Notes under the pieces: model-generated | Databases searched by the model: none | The model's input: only the letters and a program-made list of their open reading frames with translations | Told to the model about the DNA's origin: nothing | Program-made: the position numbers and the translations under genes | From: Octopus sinensis | Lineage: Eukaryota | Reading direction: 5' to 3' | NCBI RefSeq assembly: GCF_006345805.1 | Contig: NC_043010.1 | Location: 15,066,001 to 15,130,000 of the forward strand | DNA length: 64,000 nucleotides | In this document: piece after piece, positions 13,461 through 25,334 of the stretch | Layout: each line of letters starts with the position of its first letter | Numbering within the stretch: position 1 is the stretch's first letter

Positions 13461-14847
13461 TATATACGATTCTCCAGTAAAATTACAATGCCTTTACGAA
13501 GGTAATTCAAGTTAGTGGTAACAAACTGCTTTCTTTTTTTTTTTTTTGCCTTCTTAATGCATTCTTTCAGCTTGCTTCACCAGCTTCTATGGTTGAAACT
13601 ATACGTAGACTGATGTATACACAGACTTTGGAATCTTTCTAAATATATGATTTTTTTTTAAATTAGAGATCAATACTTTTGCTCTAAATATAAACTTGTA
13701 ATTGCTTTTCAACACTGATGAGAAAGGAGGAAAAAAATGAAATTATTTATGTCATATTTATATATTCAGAATTCTGAGGTCAAAATCGATACGGAACTAA
13801 TGAGTGCCTTAAATAACAATGTGAGAAAATACAGATAAAATACACCCATATCAACCTATGTATGATGTATTTGCAATATGGATCTCATACAAGATTTATG
13901 TTGATGGTTACGCATGTAATATTTCGCACGGTCAGCGTAGCGTAAAAAGACGTTCGTCTGTTCTCATCTTATAAGCTATTTGGCTAAGAACGGGGTTATT
14001 CAATGTGAAATGCATTTCCACGACCTCTGAATACATTGTATTCTGAATCTGAAAAATCGTTGTTATCTAATTAAGGGCGACAGTGGTAGTTTGAAGTAAA
14101 ATCCATTCCGCATCCTTCCGAAATTAACCCCGATATAAATCATATGATACACACACTCAATGAGGGTTTGCAATGAAATGTTTGGGTGAATGAAAACGAG
14201 ATAAATATATGATAAAAAAACCAGTGTATTTAAGATTGGGATCAGATCAGTAATAATCGAAAATATATAAATGTAACTGGGCTCTCCTTGGTTATAACGA
14301 AACAAATGTTATTGATATATTGTGTATTTTTATTTCAAAAGCAATGTTCGGAATCCGATACTTTGAGCGCTTCGCAAGTGAAGGAAAATATGTGCTCCGC
14401 GCCTCCTATCTTTACCTAGCGATGTATATAACATTATATGAAACGGCCAAAGAAAATTATAAGGATAATATGTCTTGCCCGAAAAATTGCTGTCAGATAG
14501 TATTTGCTATTCGGACTATAAAGGCTGTCAGTGGAAATGAGCGATAATAATATAAATGAGCCACCACAATATAACCACAATATAACCATCAGTCTCTGCT
14601 TGTCTCTCTATGTATCCATATATCTCTCTATCACTATCGATTAAGTCGATGATTACTTCCCCATGTCATTTTTATAAATCATTTTCTCCGTTCTTGCCTC
14701 TCATCTCCTTTTCCCCCTTATTTCTATTTGCTGGGATTTTCTTCCCCTTCTCTCTGTATTTGTATCACTCAATCACTAAAATTAACTTGACCTTGATGAA
14801 TACTTACCTTCTCTCACTAATCTCTCTCACTCTGTATAAATATACAT

Positions 14848-14894
<47 letters not shown>

Positions 14895-14925
14895 TATATA
14901 CATACATCCACACACACTCACACAT

Positions 14926-15312
14926 AGGCGCAAGCGTGCCTGTGGGGTAAGATGCTTGCTTCCCAACCACATGGTTCTGGGTTCAGTTCCACTGCGTAGA
15001 AACTTGAGGAAGTGTCTTGTACTATGGCCTCGGGCGGACTAATGCTTCGCGAGTGGGTTTGATAGACGAAAACTGAAAGAAGCTCGTTATGTATATATAT
15101 ATGTATATATTTATGTGTTTGCCCCACCACCACCGCTTGACAACTGATGTTGGTGTGTTTAACGTCCCCGTAACTTAGCAGTTCGGCAAAGTGCGATGGA
15201 ATAAGTACCAGGCCTACAAAGAATAAGTCCAGGGGGCAATTTCTTCGACGAAAAGGTACTGCTCCAGCATGGTCAGAGTCAAGAGGATTGAAACAGGTAA
15301 AAGAATAAAAGT
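14926..15312 (+). mobile_element. SINE family B
   Basis: Full-length consensus match. Confidence 0.88.
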
Positions 15313-15757
15313 AGAAAAGAATATCTATGCATATATTTCCTTCGTGTGTGTCTTTCGTCGTCTATTTTACCTTTTATTTGAATTTCCTTCTCTCCTTTTA
15401 CACATCTGCACTTCTCTCTCTCTTCTCTCTCTCTCTCTTGTTTAAAATGTTTGATACAAATAAAGAAAATAAAATAACGATGAATTTTATATATATTCAT
15501 ATAGATACATACATACAGACAGAGTGACTGTGTCCTGGTTGCTGGTTTGTGCGCCGAAATTGATACCAAATAATGTTTAATTGAAGTCATGTTTGAGTAG
15601 CAAACATGTGGCCGCCATGCTTCGATTCTTTTAGCTTCACTACACGGTCTCAGATCAAATCGCTTGCTAGGCATATACATCCTCAAAATTATATCTACTC
15701 ATACATGCTCTATATGACTGTGTATCTGTCTCTGTGTGTGTATCATATGTAGATATA

Positions 15758-16485
15758 CAGGGTGATTGAAAAGTAACTCCCTATTTTAAAATACTTATAA
15801 TTTATTTATTAACAATAATTTTTAGAAAAAACGAATATGTAAAGAAAGTGTATAGCATGGAATTTTATTTAAAATTTAATATAGGCATCAGCATTCACCA
15901 CCAGCTTCTGAAACTGCCTGGGAACCACATCAACTGATTTCATCAGGAAGTCTTGTGGAATGAAAGACATAACTTCTCGTATTCACCCTTCAAGTTCTTC
16001 CAAAGTCATTGGTTTGGTAGAGAAGACTTCCTCCTTCAACCAACCCCAAAGAAAACAGTCACAGGGTGTTAAATCAGGGCTTCTGGCCAGCCAGTCATGC
16101 GGACCTTGATGAATTGGAAGGACGACCACTTCTAGTATCAGCTACAGATCCTGTAGTCATGAATTTTGCATGACAATTCTTGATTATCTTTGCATCAACT
16201 TAAGCATGTCTTCTTCTAATGGTCCTCCACCATCTTTGCACTTGAACAATTGATCTCTAAACTTCGTAATGTCCAGTAGCTGGGCACGCTCCTGCACAGT
16301 AAGACATCCAGCCATGTTTGTAGAGCTTCTAAATTTCAAACAAAATAATCAATCTGAAAAAAAACCCAACATGGAATCATTTTCCATACATTAAAGAACA
16401 TACACAGCAAATTTGAGAAAACAATTATAGTTAATAAATAAATTATAAGCATTTTAAAATAGGGAGTTACTTTCCAATCAGACTG
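15758..16485 (-). mobile_element. Internally deleted Tc1/mariner-superfamily transposon
   Basis: TIRs CAGGGTGATTGAAAAGTAACTCCCTATTTTAAAAT (15758) and ATTTTAAAATAGGGAGTTACTTTCCAATCAGACTG (to 16485); TA on the left; transposase remnant ARSPDLTPCDCFLWGWLKEE. Confidence 0.85.
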
Positions 16486-17123
16486 TCTGTGTGTAAGTTT
16501 GTGGATCCTTCAGTAATATCATTTTTTTTTATTTCACGTAACATCCATTTGTGGTAGAGGTCACTAATCACTCCTCACAGATATTTCCTATCTATCTAAC
16601 AGACATATAATCTTTATAGTATTGGAGTTCACTTAGTCTAAATCCCATTATATCTAACGACATTTTATAACTCCACCGAGCAAAATAACTTTTTTCTTAT
16701 ATACACATCGTATTCCTCAATTTATTTAGTAATCTTATGCTTATTGTTCAGATCGTTAATATATACATACACACATATATCGTGTACCGAAATGCAATTC
16801 GAAGAGCCCACCTCTTACATAGATATATAAGTGTGAACAATGCTATGTACTATGCTGGATACATGTGTTCGTCTGGTATGTTGATTTTTTTGTTCATTTT
16901 TATATGTCTTAATTATGCTTGCACTGAAGATTAAAAAGTGCATTCTGTGTACTAATTATGAGATCATATTATCTGCTGCTGAATCTGTTTTTAAAAGTCT
17001 CGCTTCGAGAGTTGCATTCCCTCGCGTTCAGTACAATTTGTTTATTATGGTAGTTTTTTTACTTTAAGAGTCCCTCCTAGCGTGAGGCATTTATGTATAG
17101 TAATGCCCTTAACATAAATAAAT

Positions 17124-17163
<40 letters not shown>

Positions 17164-17235
17164 TATATATATATAATATATATATATTTACATACATACA
17201 TACATGTGTGTGTTTTGTGTGTGGTGTGTGTGTGT

Positions 17236-17274
17236 GGAGGCGCAATGGCCCAGTGGTTAGAGCAGTGGACTCGC
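17236..17274 (+). mobile_element. SINE family A head only
   Basis: GGAGGCGCAATGGCCCAGTGGTTAGAGCAGTGGACTCGC, then abuts the HERO fragment. Confidence 0.75.
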
Positions 17275-17277
17275 AAT

Positions 17278-17510
17278 AACTGTAAGCATCCTCCAAACTG
17301 ACTAGGCACAGGAACCATCACAGCCAACTTCGACTACGAATAGCCATGAATACCATTCTCCACCCCTGCAATTCTGCAGAATGGTCTCGAACTTGACACC
17401 ATTCTATTTAAAGACTAGTTTACGCCCTTCTTCCCCCAAAACTATAAGCTTGATCAAGATTATTCTCTTAGCTTTGACAGACCACAACACTACATCTAGC
17501 GTCAAACATG
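17278..17510 (-). pseudogene. HERO/NeSL-like restriction-like endonuclease fragment
   Basis: LDVVLWSVKAKRIILIKLIVLGEE...CRGGEWYSWLFVVEVGCDG..SVWRML (cf. PDIV.WS..K.IIL.ELTVPWEE...GW..WLFPVEVGCRG). Confidence 0.65.
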
Positions 17511-18432
17511 TCTGGACAACGTGAGACAACTGCAATCTTTCCCTAGGTTTACTTTCATACTCTATGATTGGGTCCCATGTAATAGATGACTTGTCCTATT
17601 TAGTGCCTACGCTTCTCCTTTTTGGTCGGCCCTAAGTTATAGTAGAAGACACTTGCTCAAAGTGTAACGAGACCAGACTTTAGAATCCAGCGAGGACTTC
17701 TTGCTTGTACGAAAAAAATTTTGCCGCAAACAGCAACCCCCCACTAGACCCCCCAAAACAAGTCCTACCTTACAGAGGACCTTCAAAATTTTTTCAATTC
17801 AAGATTGCTCCAAAAGCACGTCTTCACTGCTTCAGGTCCAAACACAACACTGATTCGCACATGCGCAGCCATACCTACATTTGTATACATGATAGCTGGT
17901 GTTGTTTTCCGGTGCTAATGGTATTTCTTCTCTTTTCCTGTTGTAGGATGGAGCTTTATTTTTTGTTATTATTTCGCTGTAGTAATGCAGCGAGCTGGCA
18001 CAATCGTTAGCACGTCGGACAAAATTCTTAGCGTCATTTCGTCCGTCTTCACAGTCTAAATCCAATTACCGCGCCGTGGATAAAACAAATACCAGTTGAG
18101 CACTGGGGTTGATCTAATCGATTTATCCCCTCCCTCGAAATTGCTGGCCCAGTGCTAAATCTTGAAACCAGTACTTTGGTGTACTGTCCGTATTATAGTT
18201 TTAGGATAGGACAAAGGAACTTTAATTTTTTTCCCCTGTATCGCCAGAAGCTTGATAATATGCAAAATAAAATATTGCATTTTGCAGTTGATATGTAATA
18301 TGTGATATGTGTATTTACATGCATACACAGATAGGCACGCATACACACACATGTATTAGTATGATATATGAGTACGTATATATAGACATATACATGTGTG
18401 TAATGTATATATACCCACATGTAGATATATAT

Positions 18433-18648
18433 GGCAGAAACGTTACCGCGCCGGGCGAAATGTTTAGCGGTATTTCGTCTGTCGTTACGTTCTGAGTTCA
18501 AATTCCGCCGAGGTCGACTTTGCCTTTCATCCTTTCGGGGGTCGATAAATTAAGTACCAGTTACGCACTGGGGTCGATGTAATCGACTTAATACCTATGT
18601 CTGTCCTTGTTTGTCCCCTCTATGTTTAGCCCCTTGTGGGTAGTAAAA
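18433..18648 (+). mobile_element. SINE family C
   Basis: Consensus match. Confidence 0.9.
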
Positions 18649-18708
18649 AAAAAATATATATATATATCATACATACATACATACATATATAATACATATA
18701 TATATCTA

Positions 18709-18755
<47 letters not shown>

Positions 18756-19390
18756 ATATATATATAATTATATTATATATATATATATATAGTATCCACA
18801 TGCATTTATCTATGCATATATATGTATTATGGACACAGAATAAACATACATACACATATTATATATACATACATATATTTTCATAGTCATACACAACATT
18901 GTTCACTTGTGTGTGTGTGCAAATGTCCATTTGCACGTGTACCTGTGTATAACACCAGAAATATACAAGAATATTTCCACCGATGCAATTTCAATAACCA
19001 ATAACTAAGGCGAGCGAAGATTAACTGTGAATGAATAAAATTATTTATCTTGAATAGAGACAGTTTAATATAGTAGTTCCATTAAAACAAAGAACTGGAG
19101 AAATAAGAGACAGGATATAGTATAAGGCATCAAATATCCGAACATATTTCCTCCGTTGCTTTTATTGTTCAAGTCTCTTACTTCTAAACATAGAAGTGTC
19201 GTGAACATAGAAGTTTCCTGAAAATTGAGCTTGCATTAGTGTTACTGCATGTGTGTTTATGTTATTCGAGTTTTAGTTTTAATATTGCTCATCAATAGAG
19301 AAATTGCCGGTTTCCAATTTTGAAAGAAAACACTTTCATTGGAATTTGGACAATGACAATTATATAGTCGTCTGTGAATGAATACATACC

Positions 19391-19428
<38 letters not shown>

Positions 19429-20114
19429 AATCTATGTATATGTCTATGATTGCGTGTACAAAATTCATGTAATATTTATTATATAATGCAGCAACTAACG
19501 TACGTAGGTCTTTAGAATCCAAGCACGCCATTGCAGTTTGCGAAGGTACATACTTTGCCGTTTGCATGTGTATAAACATCTATATCTGTATGTCTCTGCG
19601 TTTTGCGTATGTATATATCCGACCGACTACACTTCTGAGAGCTGAGTAAACTATACATGCATATTTGCTTGAATATGTATACATGCATGAAGTGCGTTGA
19701 TGTATGCGCTCCTCCTATTTCGCCAGTCCCATTATTTCATTCGTCGTTTCATATTAAATGGCAATACAGACATTATAAATGAATTAATGAGAGTACTTCT
19801 TATATGTATAATATATAATTTATTGACTGACACGGGACATGAATTACGTAATCATGTTGAATACGTGATTCCGGTTCTCTTGTCAGTCCGTAAATTATAT
19901 TATATGCTGCATTCTAAAGCATGTGAATAGCGAGTTCCAACAACAGGTCATTATTATTATCGCTATACCAAAGCGAAATCATTACATACATCGTATGTAC
20001 ATACATACGCACACGCACATATGTATATATGTATGTATACATACATATATATACATATATATATATATTATATAATATACACACACATATATATATATAT
20101 ATATAATATATACA

Positions 20115-20186
<72 letters not shown>

Positions 20187-20483
20187 GGAGGCGCAATGGC
20201 CCAGTGGTTAGGGCAGCGGACTCGCGGTCGTAGTATCGCGGTTTCGATTGCCAGACCGGGCGTTGTGAGTGTTTATTGAGCGAAAACACCTAGAAGCTCC
20301 ACGAGGCTCTGGCAGGGGATGGTGATCACTGCTGTACTCCTCTCTTTCATCACTCATTCTCCCACTCTTTTTTCTGTTTGCCTCCTCGCTTAGCCAGCGG
20401 GGTGGCGTCATTCGAAGGCTAAAACAATGCGAACGCATTGTGACCAGCTATGTGTAGCAACGTCTGATGGTCTGGTCGGCACG

Positions 20484-20488
<5 letters not shown>
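20187..20488 (+). mobile_element. SINE family A (tRNA-derived head GGAGGCGCAATGGCCCAGTGGTTAGGG)
   Basis: A-box TGGCCCAGTGG, B-box GTTTCGATT; conserved body and tail shared with other copies. Confidence 0.9.
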
Positions 20489-20516
<28 letters not shown>

Positions 20517-20518
<2 letters not shown>

Positions 20519-20906
20519 GAGTGGCTGTGTGGTAAGTAGCTTGCTTACCAACCACATGGTTCCGGGTTGAGTCCCACTGCGTGGCATCTTGGGCAAGTGT
20601 CTTCTGCTCTAGCCTCGCGCCGACCAATGCCTTGTGAGTGGATTTGGTAGACGGAAACTGAAAGAAGCCTGTCGTATATATGTATATATATGTGTATGTG
20701 TGTGTGTGTGTGTATGTTTGTGTGTCTGTGTTTGTCCCCCTAGCATTGCTTGACAACCGTCACTTAGCGGTTCGGCAAAAGAGACCGATAGAATAAGTAC
20801 TGGGCTTACAAAGAATAAGTCCCGGGGTCGATTTGCTCGACCAAAGGCGGTGCTCCTCATGACCGCAATCAAATGACTGAAACAAGTAAAACAGTAAAGA
20901 GTAAGA

Positions 20907-20907
<1 letters not shown>
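20517..20907 (+). mobile_element. SINE family B
   Basis: Full-length consensus match. Confidence 0.92.
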
Positions 20908-20957
<50 letters not shown>

Positions 20958-21109
20958 TATATACGTATCAACACATACATATTGCATAAACGAATACGCA
21001 TATATAGGTATATAAGTGGATATTTACGTGAGCGTGTATGCGAGTGTGTGCGTTGGTGCGTGCATTTGAATTAGAGTAAGGCGTTCGTGTCTTTCCCTAG
21101 TGTCATTAC

Positions 21110-21328
21110 CTTTTGTCCCAGCGACTGCTTTCTCCAGAACATCTTTATTCATGTCTGTCGTGAAACAGGGTGAAAGACTCGATTCGTAATTTGGTTACAA
21201 CTTGTTATGCAATGCAAGTTTATTTAATCTAACTTCCATTGGTTATTCTATACTGCCAGGGATAAGGAATCGTTGCCTGGAAGATAGAATCATCGCTGGA
21301 AATTGTTCTATCTTTTAGTCTTGTAATC
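21110..21328 (-). CDS. Candidate pair of coding exons of an unidentified host gene (21234-21328, 21110-21154)
   Basis: Acceptor TTTTTTCACGAAG, a 79-nt GT..AG intron and donor AAG|GTAATG. Splicing is in frame: ITRLKDRTISSDDSIFQATIPYPWQYRITNGNMNKDVLEKAVAGTK. No family recognised. Confidence 0.35.
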
Positions 21329-21904
21329 CTTCGTGAAAAAACAAAACATTAAAAATGTTATTTCCTTTCCTGTGTCTGTTTTTAATGAGTTAATTTGTAT
21401 TTATTACGTTTTTCTTTTTAGTTTACCATTTACCCTCTCTGTAACTATAGACAGACCGTTTCAGATAATTCCAGCATGATATACATCAGAAGAATAATGA
21501 AATACCCACACATACTTACACACAACTCCCGCATATGCGCAAAAACAAAAATATATAGATGCATACCCTTTAAAAGAGGTCATGAACGCAACGAAGGATA
21601 ATTAAATAGATTGCTGAATTTTATTCAATTTAAGAATAAAAATATTTCAGTGCGAGGTTAAATGATAAATTAAGCATTTGAAAAAAAATTATTTCTAAAG
21701 CTATTTATAAAACTTGATAAATTTGATAAAGTGATAAAATTATTGGCTTGTTTCAATCGAGGGACACTAAGAAGAACTTTATCAACTTTATCGAGTGAAT
21801 CAGTTTATTTTACAAATATTAAAACAAAAATATCTTTTAAATGTTTTCAAATACATACGCTCTTATCACTTTTGTTGTTTTTGTTCTTGCCTTTTTCTTC
21901 TTCC

Positions 21905-21921
21905 TATTGTTGTTGTTGTTG

Positions 21922-21982
<61 letters not shown>

Positions 21983-21997
21983 TATTATTATTATTGC

Positions 21998-22033
<36 letters not shown>

Positions 22034-22125
22034 CATTATTATTACTATTATTATTATCATTATCATTATCATTATTAATATTATCATTATCATTATTATT
22101 ACTATTATTATTATTATTATCATTA

Positions 22126-22174
<49 letters not shown>

Positions 22175-22212
22175 CATTATTATTACTATTATTATTATTA
22201 TTATCATTATTA

Positions 22213-22276
<64 letters not shown>

Positions 22277-22283
22277 TATTATT
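21905..22283 (+). repeat. (TGT)n/(TAT)n trinucleotide microsatellite, ~380 bp
   Basis: Direct inspection; it explains the poly-I/L/Y/N ORFs. Confidence 0.97.
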
Positions 22284-22745
22284 GCTATATGTTACAACCG
22301 AGCCAAAAGAGGAACGTAGAAAATTCATCAATCATTTCCATTATTCTTATCTATTTTCACGAACTCTTTCAAGTAATTTTATGATATTTGTTTGTTATTC
22401 CGAAGCACAATGCTCCGAACGGGAACCGGAACTTTCGAAATAGTGTGTCTCAGATTATGTAGAGGATAAAATCTAAATTAAGGAAAGTAAAAATTTAACT
22501 TATTAAAAATCGATATAGAAATAAAATGGTTTTTAATATATATATATATATATATCATATAACATACGTTATGAGGAATAGAGAGAATACTGAATAGGAA
22601 ATTTTCAACAAAACTTCTTTCTCTTGCCAAATATAAAGAATAGCTATGATAAATAAAGTTACACTCATCATTGGATGATAAAATTACATATATATAGGTA
22701 TATATGTATTCGTGTATATGCACTTCTATATACATATATAAAGGC

Positions 22746-22790
<45 letters not shown>

Positions 22791-22817
22791 TTGTGTGCCT
22801 ATATATACATAGATAAG

Positions 22818-22862
<45 letters not shown>

Positions 22863-23056
22863 TGTATGTATATATATATATATGAAAATAATAGTTATCG
22901 CCATACTAATATGGCATTCTTATAAAAATAAGAAGAAAGCTGTCCGCTTATTAGCTCCATGAGGCCATCGCCTTAAGTTAGCTATTTGATACACAAACTG
23001 TATCCATATAACCTTCGAACAAGGGAGGTCAGTCGCTCCACACTACTTGACCGGCA

Positions 23057-23098
23057 GCTACAGACGCGTTTCGGGATATTGCCCCTTTTCAATGCAGC
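23057..23098 (-). ncRNA. Minimal type I hammerhead ribozyme, left-block copy L1
   Basis: Reverse complement reads GCTGCA TTGAAAA GGGG CAATA TCCC GAAAC GC GTC TGTAGC (one G-U in stem II). Confidence 0.8.
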
Positions 23099-23418
23099 GT
23101 AGCCAGCCAGTAGGTGTCGCTTTCGACAATCTCTGTTCGATGGTTTTATTTACCTAGTTTCGGCGGAATACATCCACTTGTTTTCAATAATAGAAATATT
23201 AAAATAACTAAGTCTCTCTAAAAGAGAACAGCGGCAGCGTTCCCGGAAAATAATAGTTATCGCCATACTAATATGGCATTCTTATAAAAATAAGAAAAAA
23301 GCTGTCCGCTTATTAGCTCCATGAGGCCATCGCCTTAAGTTAGCTATTTGATACACAAACTGTATCCATATAACCTTCGAACAAGGGAGGTCAGTCGCTC
23401 CACACTACTTGAACGGCA

Positions 23419-23460
23419 GCTACAGACGCGTTTCGGGGTATTGCCCCCTTTCAATGCAGC
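23419..23460 (-). ncRNA. Hammerhead left-block copy L2, A9G variant
   Basis: Reverse complement reads GCTGCA TTGAAAG GGGG CAATA CCCC GAAAC GC GTC TGTAGC. Confidence 0.72.
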
Positions 23461-23848
23461 GTAGCCAGCCAGTAGGTGTCGCTTCCGACAATCTCTATTC
23501 GATGGTTTTATTTACCTAGTTTCGGCGGAATACATCCACTTGTTTTCAATAATAGAAATATTAAAATGTTCGAAGGTTATATGGATACAGTTTGTGTATC
23601 AATAGCTACTTAAGGCGATGGCCTCATGGAGCTAATAAGCGGACAGCTTTTTTCTTATTTTTATAAGAATGCCATTAGTATGGCGATAACTATATTTTCC
23701 GGGAACGCTGCCGCTGTTCTCTTTTAGAGAGACTTAGTTATTTTAATATTTCTATTATTGAAAACAAGTGGATGTATTCCGCCGAAACTAGGTAAATAAA
23801 ACCATCGAACAGAGATTGTCGGAAGCGACACCTACTGGCTGGCTGTAC

Positions 23849-23890
23849 GCTGCATTGAAAAGGGGCAATACCCCGAAACGCGTCTGTAGC
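23849..23890 (+). ncRNA. Minimal type I hammerhead ribozyme, copy A (U3-A8 core)
   Basis: GCTGCA-TTGAAAA-GGGG CAATA CCCC-GAAA-C GC GTC^TGTAGC. Stem I GCUGCA/UGUAGC, stem II 4 G-C pairs, predicted cleavage after C23884. Confidence 0.85.
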
Positions 23891-24206
23891 TGCCGGTCAA
23901 GTAGTGTGGAGCGACTGACCTCCTTGTTCGAAGGTTATATGGATACAGTTTGTGTATCAAATAGCTAACTTAAGGCGATGGCCTCATGGAGCTAATAAGC
24001 GGACAGCTTTTTTTTTATTTTTATAAGAATGCCATATTAGTATGGCGATAACTATTATTTTCCGGGAACGCTGCCGCTGTTCTCTTTTAGAGAGACTTAG
24101 TTATTTTAATATTTCTATTATTGAAAACAAGTGGATGTATTCCGCCGAAATAGGTAATAAAACCATCGAACAAAGATTGTCGGAAGCGACACTACTGGCT
24201 GGCTAC

Positions 24207-24248
24207 GCTGCATTGAAAAGGGGCAATACCCCGAAACGCGTCTGTAGC
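24207..24248 (+). ncRNA. Minimal type I hammerhead ribozyme, copy B
   Basis: Same motif as copy A; cleavage predicted after 24242. Confidence 0.85.
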
Positions 24249-24568
24249 TGCCGGTCAAGTAGTGTGGAGCGACTGACCTCCCTTGTTCGAAGGTTATATG
24301 GATACAGTTTGTGTATCAAATAGCTAACTTAAGGCGATGGCCTCATGGAGCTAATAAGCGGACAGCTTTTTTCTTATTTTTATAAGAATGCCATATTAAT
24401 ATGGCGATAACTATTATTTTCCGGGAACGCTGCCGCTGTTCTCTTTTAGAGAGACTTAGTTATTTTAATATTTCTATTATTGAAAACAAGTGGATGTATT
24501 CCGCCGAAATTAGGTAAATAAAACCATCGAACAAAGATTGTCGGAAGCGACACCTACTGGCTGGCTGC

Positions 24569-24610
24569 GCTGCATTGAAAAGGGGCAATACCCCGAAACG
24601 CGTCTGTAGC
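24569..24610 (+). ncRNA. Minimal type I hammerhead ribozyme, copy C
   Basis: Same motif; cleavage predicted after 24604. Confidence 0.85.
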
Positions 24611-24930
24611 TGCCGGTCAAGTAGTGTGGAGCGACTGACCTCCCTTGTTCGAAGGTTATATGGATACAGTTTGTGTATCAAATAGCTAACTTAAGGCGAT
24701 GGCCTCATGGAGCTAATAAGCGGACAGCTTTTTTTTTATTTTTATAAGAATGCCATATTAGTATGGCGATAACTATTATTTTCCGGGAACGCTGCCGCTG
24801 TTCTCTTTTAGAGAGACTTAGTTATTTTAATATTTCTATTATTGAAAACAAGTGGATGTATTCCGCCGAAATTAGGTAAATAAAACCATCGAACAAAGAT
24901 TGTCGGAAGCGACACCTACTGGCTGGCTAA

Positions 24931-24972
24931 GCTGCATTGAAAAGGGGCAATACCCCGAAACGCGTCTGTAGC
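24931..24972 (+). ncRNA. Minimal type I hammerhead ribozyme, copy D
   Basis: Same motif; cleavage predicted after 24966. Confidence 0.85.
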
Positions 24973-25292
24973 TGCCGGTCAAGTAGTGTGGAGCGACTGA
25001 CCTCCCTTGTTCGAAGGTTATATGGATACAGTTTGTGTATCAAATAGCTAACTTAAGGCGATGGCCTCATGGAGCTAATAAGCGGACAGCTTTTTTCTTA
25101 TTTTTATAAGAATGCCATATTAGTATGGCGATAACTATTATTTTCCGGGAACGCTGCCGCTGTTCTCTTTTAGAGAGACTTAGTTATTTTAATATTTCTA
25201 TTATTGAAAACAAGTGGATGTATTCCGCCGAAACTAGGTAAATAAAACCATCGAACAGAGATTGTCGGAAGCGACACCTACTGGCTGGCTAA

Positions 25293-25334
25293 GCTGCATT
25301 GAAAAGGGGCAATACCCCAAAACGCGTCTGTAGC
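25293..25334 (+). ncRNA. Hammerhead copy E, predicted inactive (G12A)
   Basis: CCCC-AAAAC instead of CCCC-GAAAC; A at 25319 replaces catalytic G12. Confidence 0.75.

Noticed and set aside
13850-14550. Possible Helitron or other transposase remnant
   Set aside because: Only a vague IYVDGYAC resemblance; no sustained frame or second motif.
20187-20260. tRNA-Arg-like sequences at SINE heads
   Set aside because: They continue into SINE bodies and lack a complete acceptor stem or terminator; these are SINE heads, not tRNA genes.
21731-22443. Poly-Y/I/L/N ORFs
   Set aside because: Trinucleotide (TAT)n repeat open in several frames; no coding signature.
24042-24681. 93-aa and 73-aa ORFs in the 362-bp array
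   Set aside because: They depend on copy-specific indels and are not conserved across units.
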